Source: the human T2T-CHM13v2.0 reference genome, Homo sapiens
Assembly (NCBI RefSeq): GCF_009914755.1
Contig: NC_060935.1
Strand: one strand, 5' to 3'
DNA: 64,000 nucleotides
Positions 1-15,339 of this stretch are shown here, one piece after another. A program made the position numbers and the translations under genes. The notes beneath the pieces are model-generated. The model had not been told where the DNA came from and ran no database searches. It saw nothing but the letters and a program-made list of their open reading frames with translations. Numbering within the stretch: the stretch's first letter is position 1; every line of letters starts with the position of its first letter.

Positions 1-803
1 CTGTGTTTGAACAATATGAAATCAGTGCACCTTGAAAAAGAACAGAATAACAGTGATTTTAGGGAACAAGGGAAGACAACCATAAGGTCTGACTGCCTGC
101 GGGGTTGGGCAAGAAGAGCCATATTTCTCTTCTTGCAGAGAGCCTGTAAATGGACATGCAAGAAGGGAAGATATCGCTAAATTCTTTTCCTAGCAAGGAA
201 TATTGATATTAATACTCTGGGAAAGGAATTCATTCCTGGGGGAAGGCCTATAAATGGCCACTCTGGGAATGCCTGTCCTATGCGATTGAGATAAGGACTG
301 AGATACACCCTGGTCTCCTGAAGTACCCTCAGGCTTACTAGGGTGGGGAAAAACCCCACCCTGGTAAATTTGAGGTCAGACGAGTTCTCTGATCTCAAAC
401 CCTGTTTTCTGTTGTTTAAGATGTTTATCAAGACAATATGTGCACCGCTGAACATAGATCCTTATCAGTAATTCTGCTTTTGCCCTTTGCCTTGTGATCT
501 TTCCTTTTGCCCTTTGCATTGTGATCTTTGTTGGACCCTTATCAGGAGTTTCTGATTTTGCCTTTGTCCTGTTTCCTCAGAAGCATGTGATTTTTGTTCT
601 CCTTTTTGCCCTTTGAAGCATGTGATCTTTGTGATCTACTCTCTGTTCTTGCACCCCCTCCTACCAATATGTGATGTCACCCCCAGTGGCCCAGCTGTAA
701 AATTTCTCTCTTTGTACTCTTTCTCTTTATTTCTCAGCCGGCCGACACTTATGGAAAATAGAAAGAACCTACATTGAAATATTGGGGGTGGGCTCCCCCG
801 ATA
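1..803 (+). mobile_element. MER11 (HERVK11/HML-8) LTR, 5' part outside window
   Basis: Matches recalled MER11 sequence, including the TGCCCTTTG..TGTGATCTTT internal repeats and the terminus GAAATATTGGGGGTGGGCTCCCCCGATA at 803; no internal ERV sequence follows. Confidence 0.9.
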
Positions 804-1447
804 GCAAATATAACATAGTGTGGAATAATCAAGATTGTGAAAGTAAGCATAAGCAACCGATTTTAAAGCACCATAAAGGAGGGTATGCTGATTTGATGTT
901 TCAGGATTAGGGAAGGCATCCTGGAAAAAGAGAACAGCAAAGCAGAGATCTAAAGGACAAAGAAAAGATGGGCATGTCAACAAAGCTCGAGGAGCATGGG
1001 CTCAGGTTGGTTAAGCAACTTGCACATCTAGAAAATGATAGAGTTGCAATCTAAAGTTTATGATATTTCTGCTAGTGTACACTGTTAAAAGAAGGTCTTT
1101 GTCTAATGAGAACAGGAGTGGGTCAACCAAACAAATTGCAAAGAAAAGCAGATTTTAGCCAGTCCAACCCATGTGGAACTCTATGTTGAGGTCCCATTTA
1201 AGGCTCAATCTCCAGAAACAGATGAGCAGACCAGATGTACACAGCTAGCCTGCTACCTTGATGGTTCAATAATTCCCATTATAGTGATTGGAATCTAATG
1301 TTGGTAAGATCTGAGGCTCAGAGAGCCTTCATTTCCCCCTTTTAATTCCACCACATGGAAAAGAGCTGCAATTTAATCTCCAGACTAGACAGGAATGGCT
1401 ACTTCCTCTCTGGATGGACCCCTGCAGATACCATTGACCTAAAATGT

Positions 1448-1474
1448 AAAAAAAAAAAAAAAAAAAAAAAAAAA
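1448..1474 (+). repeat. Poly(A)27 tract
   Basis: Uninterrupted A run with no adjacent Alu or L1 body. Confidence 0.95.
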
Positions 1475-2879
1475 GTGTTAGCAAGTCCCTAGGCTTACCA
1501 TATCTATTATACAAAGCACACAGGAATTCCATTGACAGGAGGCTAATACATGCTGTGTGGCAGCAGCAGCAGTAAGAGCAACAACCATATACAGCTGCAA
1601 CACAGGCACCATGAATCTGCTTGAGATGTAACTTTATTAGATAGATGGCCCTATTTGATTAATCATAGCAACTAGTGGGAAACACTATTTGCATAGAGCA
1701 TATCTTTTCTGTCCTAGCATCCATTTGTGGGTAAGACACATTTGATAAAAAGCAGTTAGGGAATGGGCATCAGGTGCATAAAAGGTTTACGTTGTTTTTA
1801 TGAACAAAATTGCTGTTTACAAATATCACACAGCAGGTTCTCTGTTTTATGGACAGAAATAATTCACTCTTAAGCTATAAAGGTCTCTGGGAAATGGATT
1901 TGCTTATCTCCATCTCATTTTAAATTATGAGGAGCCCATGCCACCATCCCAGAGGTTTCTACCTTTCCTGGCCATGCTTTGAATATTCACACACACCACC
2001 CAAATGATGAATACTATCTGGGGAGGCTTGCCGGCCACAGTTCATTTACAGCACGTTAGCTAAATGTCATTATTCTTTGCAAAGTGCAGGCAAACACAGA
2101 GGTTTCTATAGAAAAAAAAAAAAAAAAGCCATACTCTTTATTTTTCCAAGAGGGGTACGTTTTACGTTATTTCAAGAGAACAGGAGAACAAAGATTGCAG
2201 GCAAATAAAAAGTAATTCCCATTATAAAGCAGTATTGAAGTAATCTTCCCAGGCACAGTTTAATATTAAAAAAAGAATTTAAAGGATTCACTTTTGGGGT
2301 GGCCTATTTTAAGTGTTCTTTATTCTTTTTGACTTGAAAGAACCAACTACCTCATTTGGAAAATGAGATTGGCTCTTAAATTTATTACTGATATCATACA
2401 TTTAGTAAGAGAGGAAGGACCTTTTTCCTCTGCTTGACTGTTAGAGTTATTTATAGGACTTCTGGTTTTAAATGGCAATTAGCACACACTTTGGTTATCA
2501 GTAGCAGCATCTTAGTAACCATAAGAAAACATAATATTACCAAAACAAGAAAAGAATAAAATCCTAGCAAGACTAAAGGAGAAAAAGACACAAAAAACCT
2601 ATATTTAAAACTTTTAGAGTTAACTATGCAAATGAAACCTAATTATAATTACAGAATGAATTACAAACATTCTATTATTATACATTTTTAAATGAGCTAG
2701 AGGGAAGAGAAAGAATAAAAAAGAGGGTAAATGTTGACTTGTAAAAATTGAATCATCAAAAACTATATTGCTATAATACTAATCATTAAACTAATAGAAA
2801 ACTAAACAATGAGAATATTTTATATTCCATTTGTTGGTATTGTTTTAAAGGTCGTGTTTCATGTGCACATATTTCCCCT

Positions 2880-3400
<521 letters not shown>

Positions 3401-3739
3401 CATTTTACCTATCCCTTTTTGAAAATTTTAAGACAATGTATACTTTTAAAAAGACATATTTTCAGCTCTCAGTTCTTGAGATTGGATTAGGAGATCTAGG
3501 ACTAGAGTCTGTGAGTTTTCATTAAAAACTCCGTCAGTAGGATTAGGTTGCACAGCAGATTTTAGAACTAGTAATCTAACAACTGGTGTTTCTGAGTGAA
3601 GAACACTGATCACTTCAACAACCAGAGCAGAACCAGGGCCCATGCCCCTCCTGGTAACATCCTGAGGTGTCTGAAAGCAATTCCACGCCACCTCATGATA
3701 ACAGATATTGACAATTTTCCTCCAGTCTTTTTCTATTCA

Positions 3740-4290
3740 TAGAGACATCTTTTTTATACAATTGGAGTTACAAAATACTCTTTTTAAACAAGAATACATA
3801 GTCATGTCCCTGACCTTAAATATTCCTCTAAAACATAATTTTAATTTTTGTGGACTACTCTATATGAATGCATTAGCATACACTGAATAATTTATTATTT
3901 CTGAAGATGTGGGTATATTTGACTTTTTTCTCTCTTGTAATGTCATTGTGACTATCCACATTCTTAATTCTGTATAAGTAACCAATTCTTTACTTATGGT
4001 AATATTTACAAGTAGAATTTTGAATATGTAAATCTATTCAAAAGTAGGAATATTTCTAATTAATTATCCATGGAGTTTGTATCATTGCAATCTCCTTGGA
4101 GTATGAATTCCCATCTTCCTATAAACTTATCAACATTGAGAATTATAAATTTTTAAAGCAGTGTCTACATCGATATGTAAGAATTTAAAGTTCATTAATT
4201 TTTCATTAATTTGAAAACAAGTAGGGTTGATTTTTCATTTGGATTTTAAAAATGTGAGTTGTGTATTTATCCCCTTTGCCCTTTCTGAGA
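3740..4290 (-). mobile_element. Ancient L1M fragment
   Basis: T-rich sequence with degenerate antisense L1 3'-region motifs. Confidence 0.35.
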
Positions 4291-4374
4291 GAATAACTTT
4301 GTAAATCTCAACACTTCTACAATGTTAGCCTAATTTAGATCAACTAGATACTTATCTCTACTACTTCTACCAAT

Positions 4375-4570
4375 GATTGTCATTTATTGAGCATTGACTA
4401 GATGCCAGGTAATTTACAAACCTTTTTTATTCTTACAGCTCTGCTATAATAGTCATGTTTTATCATTTTATTTATGAAAGAAAATTGAGACTCAGGAAGT
4501 TTAATTTAGCCCAGTGTTGCATAGCTGGGATATTGTGGATCAGGTCTTTGAAGCCCATTTTTTTATAACT
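4375..4570 (-). mobile_element. MIR
   Basis: ATTTATTGAGCATT..TGCCAGG and core GAAAATTGAGACTCAGGAAGTT. Confidence 0.7.
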
Positions 4571-6029
4571 TTCTAAGGCCTTTATTTGTTTTACAACAAC
4601 ATAAGGCTAGTTCAATAATAATTTTACAATTCTCTGAGAGAATGCTAATTTTTGAAAAACAATAGCAACCAAAAGGAGCCCAGTAAAATGTGTGAAATCA
4701 TAGTGGATATTCAGAATTATTAGTTCCCTTTCATTTCACCTGTGGACCGCATTATTTGAGTATAATTAAAAAACTGTAACATCTTTCTGGTGTTCACAAC
4801 AATGTAGGATCTCAATTTTTTGTGCATAAAGAGGTTCTTTGTTGGGGTAAGAGCATTTTTCTGTTAGTAATCCGTCCTAGGAAATTTACCAACACCAATT
4901 TAATGTTATGTATTTGGCTAGATTCTTAAATTTAAAAAACAAATCCAACTCATTATTGCTTTCAGTTTCATCAGAGGGATAAATATAAGCAGATAATTGA
5001 AAAGCAGTATGCCTCTAGGAGGCCAAAGTACCTTGGATGAGAGGCTTTAGGAATCAAGAGAGGAAAGGATTCATAGAGGCGATGACACCTGAGTTGTGAG
5101 GTGGTCACTGTCTAGGCCCAAGATACCCTTCCTACAGCTGCAGTAGTGTATTTGACTAAGGAAACAGAAAATAATTCATTTCTCTCACTTAATTAGATGA
5201 AGTAGAAGCATGCTTGCTTGTTTTATTGTCTCTGGTTCTCTGATAAAACTGACAAATATTCCTATCTTCTGGGTGATAAGTAAATAGTTTTGGCTCTCCT
5301 GAGGAATGCATGTGTAGGATTTTTGAAAGAGCCTGCAGAGTCTCACCAACGTGTAGTTATTGGCATAAGAGATCCACTTGTCACATTCTAGTGTCCCCAA
5401 CAGCCTCCATCCTGCAGCCCCTTGCTTCTGAGGATGCCTCAGCCCAGACACCACGCCCAGTGTCTACTAGAAGAGAATCAAGAGAAACTCATTTCTTCGT
5501 CCGTGTCAAGTCAAATGGTGGGAGCTCAGTAGGCTGCACTGAGGCCTCTTCTTTCCCTGCTGCATTATTCCAGTTGCGTATGCTCATCTTCCACCACCTC
5601 CACACAGGTACCCATCTCAGATTAGCAAAAAAGCATATAAAGCAGGCACGACCCTGGAATTAAGATAGCAGTGTGCTCTTTATGGACATCTTCAGTGACA
5701 TGGTTTATTCTTTTGAGGCCACGTCACTTGGATTTAGGGAGGGGAAAGTCTTTTACGAGGAAGTGTGCATTTTGAAAAAGATCTACAACCTCCTCTTCTA
5801 TCCTATCTCCCATCACAGTTCATTTCTCACAATTTAGAAGAGGAAATGGCAGTGTTTTGTAATAGAACTAGTTCTGTCCTTGCATCTTGCAAAAAGCTGG
5901 AATTGGTGAATGGCCCCGATTACAAGTGATTTTTTGACTCTGTAATATGGAATGTCCTTTGACTTCGCCTCTGGGCCTGAGAGAACAAGAAAAAACCTTC
6001 TCTACATCTGGCAACAACAAAAGATCAGT

Positions 6030-6804
<775 letters not shown>

Positions 6805-7629
6805 AGGAAACTATTCTTAAAAAGTAAAGGGGTAAATAAAATACTAGACTTCTTGAAGAGTTAAACTCAAACTAACATGACCAGTTATGTGAGGATGTGG
6901 TACTTCTACTAGTCACAGTAAACTAGCTGGTAGATAAAACCGTAACGGCAGATGCTGCAGTTTTGCAAGAAACCCCTTCTCTGGCATTTTGCTTGAATAG
7001 AAGGGTGGATACAATGTCATGGGAAACATGACTGCTGACTTTAGATGAATAAAAACATTCTTCATGCTGTGTTTAAAAATTTTTTAAGGAAAACATCTTA
7101 ACTTGAAAGCTAGAAATTGCTATTTTCTTACTCTCCTTAGTTGGATCATTGAAATGCATCCTGACCACACCAAGAGAAACAGTGACAAAGTTGAATCATG
7201 GTCTTGTCCTATTAAATGATTATAGGAAGGGAATGTTATTAGAACATTTCATTGCCAGGTATGCAACAACCTCTAGGACCAAAAACACCGAACGAGGCTT
7301 GTAATATCTCAGGCATAATATTTTAGTGGCTGAAATAGCTTATATCATCATGCAAGCATTTTGAGCACCTTTAATCCATAGATCAATAAATTATTACCTT
7401 GTCATATTGCATCACAGGGGATGCACATAAAATAAATTGATTTCACAATTGCTCAGTTCAGTCATTATAAAATACTGAACGCAGGTACTATGTGATCCTT
7501 TTGGCTAATTCATTTGCTACCCTGTTTTTTTAATTGTAGAGAATCAATCAAATATTTTCTGCCAACATTTTCCCCTACTTCTTCCTTCATCCTGCCCTCA
7601 TCAGTTATCTGTATATTTTGTTATTAGGA

Positions 7630-7930
7630 TGTGCCTAAATCACAGTAGGACAGAGAAAGAAATCAAAGATATGAGATTCCCAACATAGTTGGGAAACAAG
7701 ATTAAAATAGTTAAGGAAGAGTAGCTATGGGTACCAAATTTTACAATCCAGACAGTGAATGTGCTGAAGAAGCTGCTGAGGGGAGCAAGTGATCAATAAG
7801 GGCTAATAGGAAGAAGTAGCACAGTTCACAGAGCCTGAGCTGAATCTTGAAGAGTGAAAATAACTTAAATAGGCAGAAGATGGTAGAAAGATAATCTCAG
7901 GCATATAGAGAATAGGATGAATTAATATTG
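7630..7930 (-). mobile_element. L2 fragment
   Basis: GAGCTGAATCTTGAAGAGTG..TAGGCAGAAG..CAGGCATATAGAGAATAG motif. Confidence 0.45.
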
Positions 7931-8229
7931 GGGAATTATAGTGCCTTCTTTTGTGTGGGCATATGTGGTTCACTCCTTAAGGGAAATGATTTTACTAAAA
8001 CAGAAAGTTTCTAATAATTGACTGTTCGTATACTCTTTTAGAGATTTTTTTTTTTTTACCTATATCACAAAGCTTGGTTTCTCAGAATTTATTACAAACC
8101 TCCTTTTATTTCTTACTGTATGCTTGTTGCAAAGTCTTATTCATTCCTGTTACTTCATTCATATTCCTATTCATGTTTATCCTTATTAATTCCAAATTCA
8201 CACCACAAAGATAGGCCTGTTTCTGATAC

Positions 8230-8490
8230 TCCAGTCCCATATATCCAACAGCTCATCTCTACATGGATGCTCTACTTCTAGTTCAATTACACAACACTTA
8301 ACTCATTTTCTCCCCCACTCTCCAATCATCTTATTCTCCACAAATGACTCTTCAACCCATCCAAGTGCCTCTGCAAAACACCTGATTGTGTCTTGCTTTT
8401 TCACACTCCACATCCAATTAATTACTGTCTTGATAATTATATCTCATAATTAGTTCAAACTTGTTACCATCTCTTCATTCCTACAGACAA
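8230..8490 (+). mobile_element. L2 fragment
   Basis: Pyrimidine-rich ATATCCAACAG..ATCTCTACATGGATG..CACATCCAAT motifs. Confidence 0.5.
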
Positions 8491-9039
8491 TAATCTATTG
8501 TTTATAGAATAATAAATCAAGTTATAGCCATACAATGTTATATATTACACAAAAGAAAAAACACTATTTTTTCATAGGATTAAGGCTATAGATAAAGCAG
8601 CTATTTGTGTTTTTGATGATGGGATTAGTATGCAAACAATGGTGATTATAACTATCATTAATATTAAAACAACTAGTATGATATTACTATTATGTTATAA
8701 TACAACTGTTATTATGGTATGTGGTTAATGTTAATCATAACAACAATTTATTTATTGGTAAGTTCTGAGTTTTGCACCAAATATGTAATGTGTGAGTTTG
8801 CCGAGTAATGAGTAAGAGTGGACATATGTTAAAAGGGGTTGATGCAACAGACAATTAGGATAAAATTTCCAAGCCTGATTAAAAGTGAGAAGAGTGAAGA
8901 AAAAATAATTTAGATAAATGTTTGAGGGATTCAACCCACTGTAAGAAAAAGAGCTGCTAGAGCTAAAACTACTTGGCCTGGTTGAGCATTAGTTCCTGCA
9001 TCTATGCGATGTTACATATTATGAAAGTGAGGAATGATT

Positions 9040-9235
9040 GTAAGAACAACTGAGAAAAAAATTAAATTCACCATAAGGAAGGGCTTTTCATGGTCAAAGC
9101 TTTCTGAAAATGAAATAGCTTCCTTGGGCAGTCATTCACTAGCACTGGAGGGAATGAGCCAGAAGCTGGATAATCACAAAGCAAGAGGACACCCAGGGAA
9201 TTAGAGCACAGATGGGTAGACCTTGAAGATCATCC
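9040..9235 (+). mobile_element. CR1/L3 3'-end fragment
   Basis: ATAAGGAAGGGCTTTTC..AAATGAAATAGCTTCCTTGGG..CACTGGAGGG..CAGAAGCTGGATAATCAC resembles the end of the L3 ORF. Confidence 0.5.
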
Positions 9236-9691
9236 AGTATAACTGCCCCCTCTCTGACTAGCATATCCAAAAGGTCCTTACCTTCCTATTTTGTGGGGTT
9301 TTTAAGAATTAAAGAACTTAATATGAATAAACAATTCTCTAAGTTTCTCCATGTCACACTGAAGCTGTACTCAAGCACAAATCTATAGCCTGCCGAGATG
9401 TGAGAGGAACCATTCCCTACTGGAAGTTTCAAATGTAAACATGTCATTGTGGTGGTGCTAATTGGTTACCTGTTGAGATTTCTCACCGAATGCCATTTAA
9501 TAACTGCTCAACCTACTGTTTGTTCATTAAAGAAAAGTGCATGCATTTGTTTTTAGAATGCATAGCTATTAAGAACCACTATATTCTACTTCCGAAGAGT
9601 TAACTAGCAAACAACTGAGCTGGTGGTGTATGATTCACTTGATAGCATCCGATCTGAAAAAAAAAATTATTCTCCCCCTGTGGGGCAATTT

Positions 9692-9729
9692 TAAACCAGT
9701 CACATGGACATAAACCAGTGGCATGGACA
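9692..9729. repeat. 19-bp tandem duplication
   Basis: TAAACCAGTCACATGGACA / TAAACCAGTGGCATGGACA. Confidence 0.9.
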
Positions 9730-9744
9730 TAAAAATTAGTAGGA

Positions 9745-10520
9745 CATAACTCATTCAGTCATTTATTAAAAACGATACTACATATCTAGGATGAAGTAGC
9801 CTTGTGGAGACATGGGATTGAATAGATGAATAAGGCATGATCATGTTAGAGAAATTCACAGCATAGTGTGCATAATAAACGTGAAAAATTCACATTCTAA
9901 CTTGGTTTTTGCATAGCACAGAGACTTATACAAGTCTAGGGGGAGTAATAAATCCATTTGGAGAAATTGAGAAAGGCTTCATGGAGATTATATTTCAACT
10001 GGGCCTTACAAAAGAGATGTTCATTTGTTTATTTACTTATTTTTTCATTCATTCATTTACTCATTCACTCCTCATGTGTTTATTCATTCATCCATCCATC
10101 TTTTCATTTGTTATTTACTATAGTCCAGGAATTCTCTTGACCAAAAAAGATATAGTAAGTCAGTCTTGATCTTGAAGCAGCTCATGTAAATAGAAAGAAA
10201 ATTCATATACCAAACAAGTTTTCTGATGACACAGGAAGTAGACAGGCCATAATGGGGAGAGAAATATCAGTTTCAGAGGAAAAAGTGATATCTGGCTAGT
10301 GGTAAAAGACCAGTGGTGTTTACTAGGTGTGGGCTGTTGGGCAACATAAGGAAATGGACATTGTAGACATGGATAGTAACCCAGCTAAGAAAGATGCCAT
10401 GAGAAAAAAAATAACTGGGTAGCGATGCTCAGGTGCAGTGGGGCAGAGTGAAGGATGAGGGTAGAAAGAAAACTCTGGCCTAATCTGAAAGAGTCTTTGA
10501 TGTCATGTCAAGGACTTTGA
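9745..10520 (-). mobile_element. L2 fragments with (TTCA)n tail
   Basis: CATTCAGTCATTTATT start, (TTCA)n at about 10020-10110, followed by purine-rich L2 motifs. Confidence 0.55.
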
Positions 10521-11490
10521 ATGAAAAGGAATTACAGAAGCGGTTTTGGGTTTGTTGTACTTTTCTTTTTTGCTTGCATTTTAGATAGGCATAATGGTAG
10601 TCTGAAGGATGAATTGAGTTTCATGTCAAACAGGAAACTAAAGCAAGCTTTTCAGCTATTTGGATGTGGACCAACTAGAACCAAGTTTCTGTTCTTTCTG
10701 TAGGTGAGATTGTTGGATCCTACCCCATGGAAAGTGATAGCTAAAGTGGGTTTGGATCAAAATTATGAAACTTGCCAATTCTGCAAAAGAAAAGACATAA
10801 TATAAACAATATTTTGAAAGAAAAGTATCATGTACTGAAGGGAAAATTGTTTTTAAAAATGTTAATATCAATCCCAAATAACAAAGGTACCGGTTAGATA
10901 GCCATTACCTGTCTATCCAAGAATTAAATGTACTCACATTTTTACACATTGAAGTATATGTTTTTAGACACAATAAAAACGAATGGCCTTAACAAGGTAC
11001 TTATTATTTAAGACTTCGTGATTTTTCTTTTTCCCTTTAATTCTAATTGCTGAGGGTTAAATGTAATAATGGTTAAAGATGCACTCGTGTGTGATTCCAT
11101 CAGGTCAGCAGAAGGTTGACATAGACCAAGGGCTCAGGCTCATAGACAAAGCTCACTAACATATTATGGAAAAACTTCAAGGCTTTTAAGAAAAAAAAAT
11201 CATCATAAACACAAAATACAGTGGATAAATATTTCCAGAGAATAGAATAACTCTTGAAAGTATAGGATTATTTGAAATAATGGGAACTGTCATCAGAGGT
11301 TTTGATAAAGGCCATCATCCAGAATAATCAGCTGCAGTTATGATGTAATATGCAACTATGATACAAAACATGCAGCCAAAATGGTGGCATGTGGTTAATT
11401 GACTTAGAGATTTTTGCAAAATTATGTCATATCAAGGGTTCAGGTTTTTGAGTAGGAAACATGGGTTCAAATATAGTTACTGGTCTTACA

Positions 11491-11639
11491 TTTATTTATT
11501 TTTTTAATTTTATTTTTATTATTATTTTTTTTGACACAGAGTCTTGCTCTGTCACCCAGACTGGTGTGCAGTGGCACTATCTCAGCTCACTGTAACCTCT
11601 GCCTCCTGCCTCAGCCTCCCGAGTAGCTGGAATTACAGG
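11491..11639 (-). mobile_element. Alu 3' fragment (right arm only, with internal deletion)
   Basis: T-rich tail then GACACAGAGTCTTGCTCTG..AGCTGGAATTACAGG; TSD GGTCTTACA on both sides. Confidence 0.9.
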
Positions 11640-11659
11640 TCTTACAATTTTTATTGCCA

Positions 11660-12874
<1,215 letters not shown>

Positions 12875-13274
12875 TGATAGTGTTTCCCCTCTCAGCAAGA
12901 CTTCCCTAGGTCATACGCTAATGCTGGTAGGCTGGGTTCTTTCTTCTGTGGCAAATTCACTCTGTCATTTCTGTGAGTAGTAAGTAGCTGTTAACCCTCC
13001 TACACCAACTTTCTCTAGAGGGTTTGACCTTCCTGTCATAAAGCCTTCTTCATTCAAATCTTTTCTTTGACGTGAATCTAAATATAATACAATCCTCACA
13101 GGCTTATGAGACTGCCTTCTAAGTGAAATCTCAGGTGTTCCTAATATTACTGCCAAAGGATTTTAGGAATAGAAGGATTCACATGGCATGGAATGATGTG
13201 AGGTTGGGGAGTCATTTTGGTGCAGGGTAGGGCTTAATGGTAGAGTGGGAAGTAGAGTGGGATGGGAACATGTT

Positions 13275-13420
13275 TAGTTGGAATGCCAGCCTCATCACAC
13301 ATGTAACTAACTTAATTTCTCCGAGATGCAACATCCTCATCTGCAAAATGAAGTTTATTTAATCCTATCTTATATCATATTATAAGGTTTAGAGGCAATG
13401 TATGTGAAATGCCTTCCAAC
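13275..13420 (+). mobile_element. MIR
   Basis: CCTCATCTGCAAAATG..GTATGTGAAATGCCTT core. Confidence 0.5.
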
Positions 13421-13439
13421 CAAATAGGAAAGACTAGAC

Positions 13440-13932
13440 ATTTTTAGACCCCTGGGGAGCCTGTGGTTAGAATTCAGTGTTTGTAAATTGTCACAGAAAA
13501 AAAAATCTACATTTGCACTTTCACTAGTACCAACTAAAATTTAGCATTTCCTTCAATTGTAAATATAGACAATTGATAATAAAGTAATAAACAGTGATCT
13601 TCACAGTACCAATGTCTTTGTTACTAACAGAAATATTGCAGGTATTTTCATATTACATTAGAGATATTGCAGGTATATTGAAATATTTACTATCATCACT
13701 TTTAAAATTATGGTATGGATCTGCTGCCATATTTTGCTATTTAATGAAAAAAGAACATATTGCTCTATTAATACTTTTCTAAAATATTTGGATAAATATA
13801 TTTGAATTGATTGATTATTGTATTGTATTGTATTCATTTGAAGACATTTACAAATATTTTTCTGAGAAAGGGTTCATGGGCATCTCAAGATTGACAAAGG
13901 GTTCCACGGCATAAAGAGGGTTGAAATCTTGA
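13440..13932 (+). mobile_element. MER113-like hAT-Charlie DNA transposon
   Basis: AACTAAAATTTAGCATTTCCTTCAATT, TATTTTCATATTACATTA and TCTGAGAAAGGGTTCATGGGC..AAAGGGTTCCACGGCA match recalled MER113. Confidence 0.7.
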
Positions 13933-14424
13933 GTTCTAATTGCCTTTTCATAGTCTATGAAGTGGTGCTTAGAAATCTTAGTTACTAGCAGTTGATCGTT
14001 ATAGACCCTGGCACCTGGCTGGAAGTGTAAATGGAAGAGCAGTAGGGAAATTTTATAGTACTAGGGAAGCTATGAATGTTTGATGTTAGAAATTTAAGAT
14101 GAAGTTGGAGTTGTTTACTTCACACCTGTTCATATTATATCAGTGCCAAGAATCAGACAAACCTGCCAATTGTCAAACAGGTTTATCCCATATTAACGTG
14201 TTGCATCCTCAACTGCATTCAGCTGCTAACTCCATGAGTTCATGATTCAATAACATGAATCTTTTTTTTTGTCCTTACCCTGTGTGCCACGATTTTGAGT
14301 GGGGTCACAGATCATTATATCAGCTAACATTTGTCTCATCTCCCATTCCAAAAAACATAAACTACCTTAAATTAGGAAAATTGGTAGCGAATTGAGGCTC
14401 TCATTTTTCTAACAACATGAAGCT

Positions 14425-14600
14425 TACTGTAGTGAATAGACACATGGCCTCCAATATAGACAGCTTTGAGTATAACACTTTTTTTACTCTGGATGAGTGC
14501 GAAAGGAAGTTGCCTAATCCTCTGGATATCTGTTTATCCACTTGTAAAATAGGAATATCAATATCCCTTCCACAGGGTAGGCTAAATGTGGAATAGACAA
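14425..14600 (+). mobile_element. MIR
   Basis: GGAAGTTGCCTAATCCTCTGG..TTGTAAAATAGGAATA core. Confidence 0.5.
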
Positions 14601-14789
14601 TACTGGTACCATCTCAACTGCAAAGTACAACCAATGGCATACTTTAAAACCCAATTATTCCATTTCTAGATCGTTCAATTCTTTTCCTATTCAAGTGTGT
14701 TTTATTTTCCGTAATTATTTCCTTCTGATTTCCTTATGGGTAACAACTGTACTAGGTTTTTCTTCAAACAGTATTGTGGAAAGCTAATG

Positions 14790-14960
14790 CATCTTAGTGT
14801 TATTAAGTTCTGTATTTACATTCTAGATCACTGCATACTAGTTTTGTGGCTTTGGGCTCTCACTTTCTTTAAACCTGTTTCTTTATGGTTTCAGTAATTC
14901 CTAAGTCACACGGTTGTTGTAAGGGTTAAGTCACATATATGAGGGTACCTGACACAGAGT
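14790..14960 (+). mobile_element. MIR
   Basis: ACTAGTTTTGTGGCTTTGGGC..GGTTGTTGTAAGGGTTAAG..CCTGACACAGAGT. Confidence 0.55.
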
Positions 14961-15339
14961 AATTTTTAAAGGCTATTTTTTTTTTTTATTTCAGAGCAAC
15001 ATTTGTCAGTGGCCACTTATACATGTGGGAGAGGGAGAAATGGAGGGCAGATAATGACTGGTAATCTCAAGTGGTCTGATTGTTACTCCTGGTTGGCGTA
15101 GTTGGGAGTACTAGCTATTTCCTAATAAAACTATGAAGGGAGAAAAATTCCTCCAAACCATTGGGTTTAAGTGTGTTTGAAGTAAAGCAGTGGCAATTAT
15201 TCATCTAGATTCTGTGTTCCTATTAAACACACCATCACAAAGCTGGACTCCATTCTTAGTATGACAAATGCAACCAAGTCCAAATCAGCTCTGCCAAATC
15301 TAAACAGGAGATGAGAATGATACTCAGAAGATTCACAGT

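Noticed and set aside
475-640. Repeats with short spacers, superficially array-like
   Set aside because: Intrinsic internal repeats of MER11; eukaryotic context with no cas genes
177-983. 92-aa and 115-aa minus-strand ORFs
   Set aside because: Lie largely in the MER11 LTR antisense; no recognisable protein
1560-1572. (CAG)4
   Set aside because: Too short to be notable and not in a coding frame
5310-5663. 117-aa ORF in unique sequence
   Set aside because: No recognisable domain or convincing exon structure; length compatible with chance
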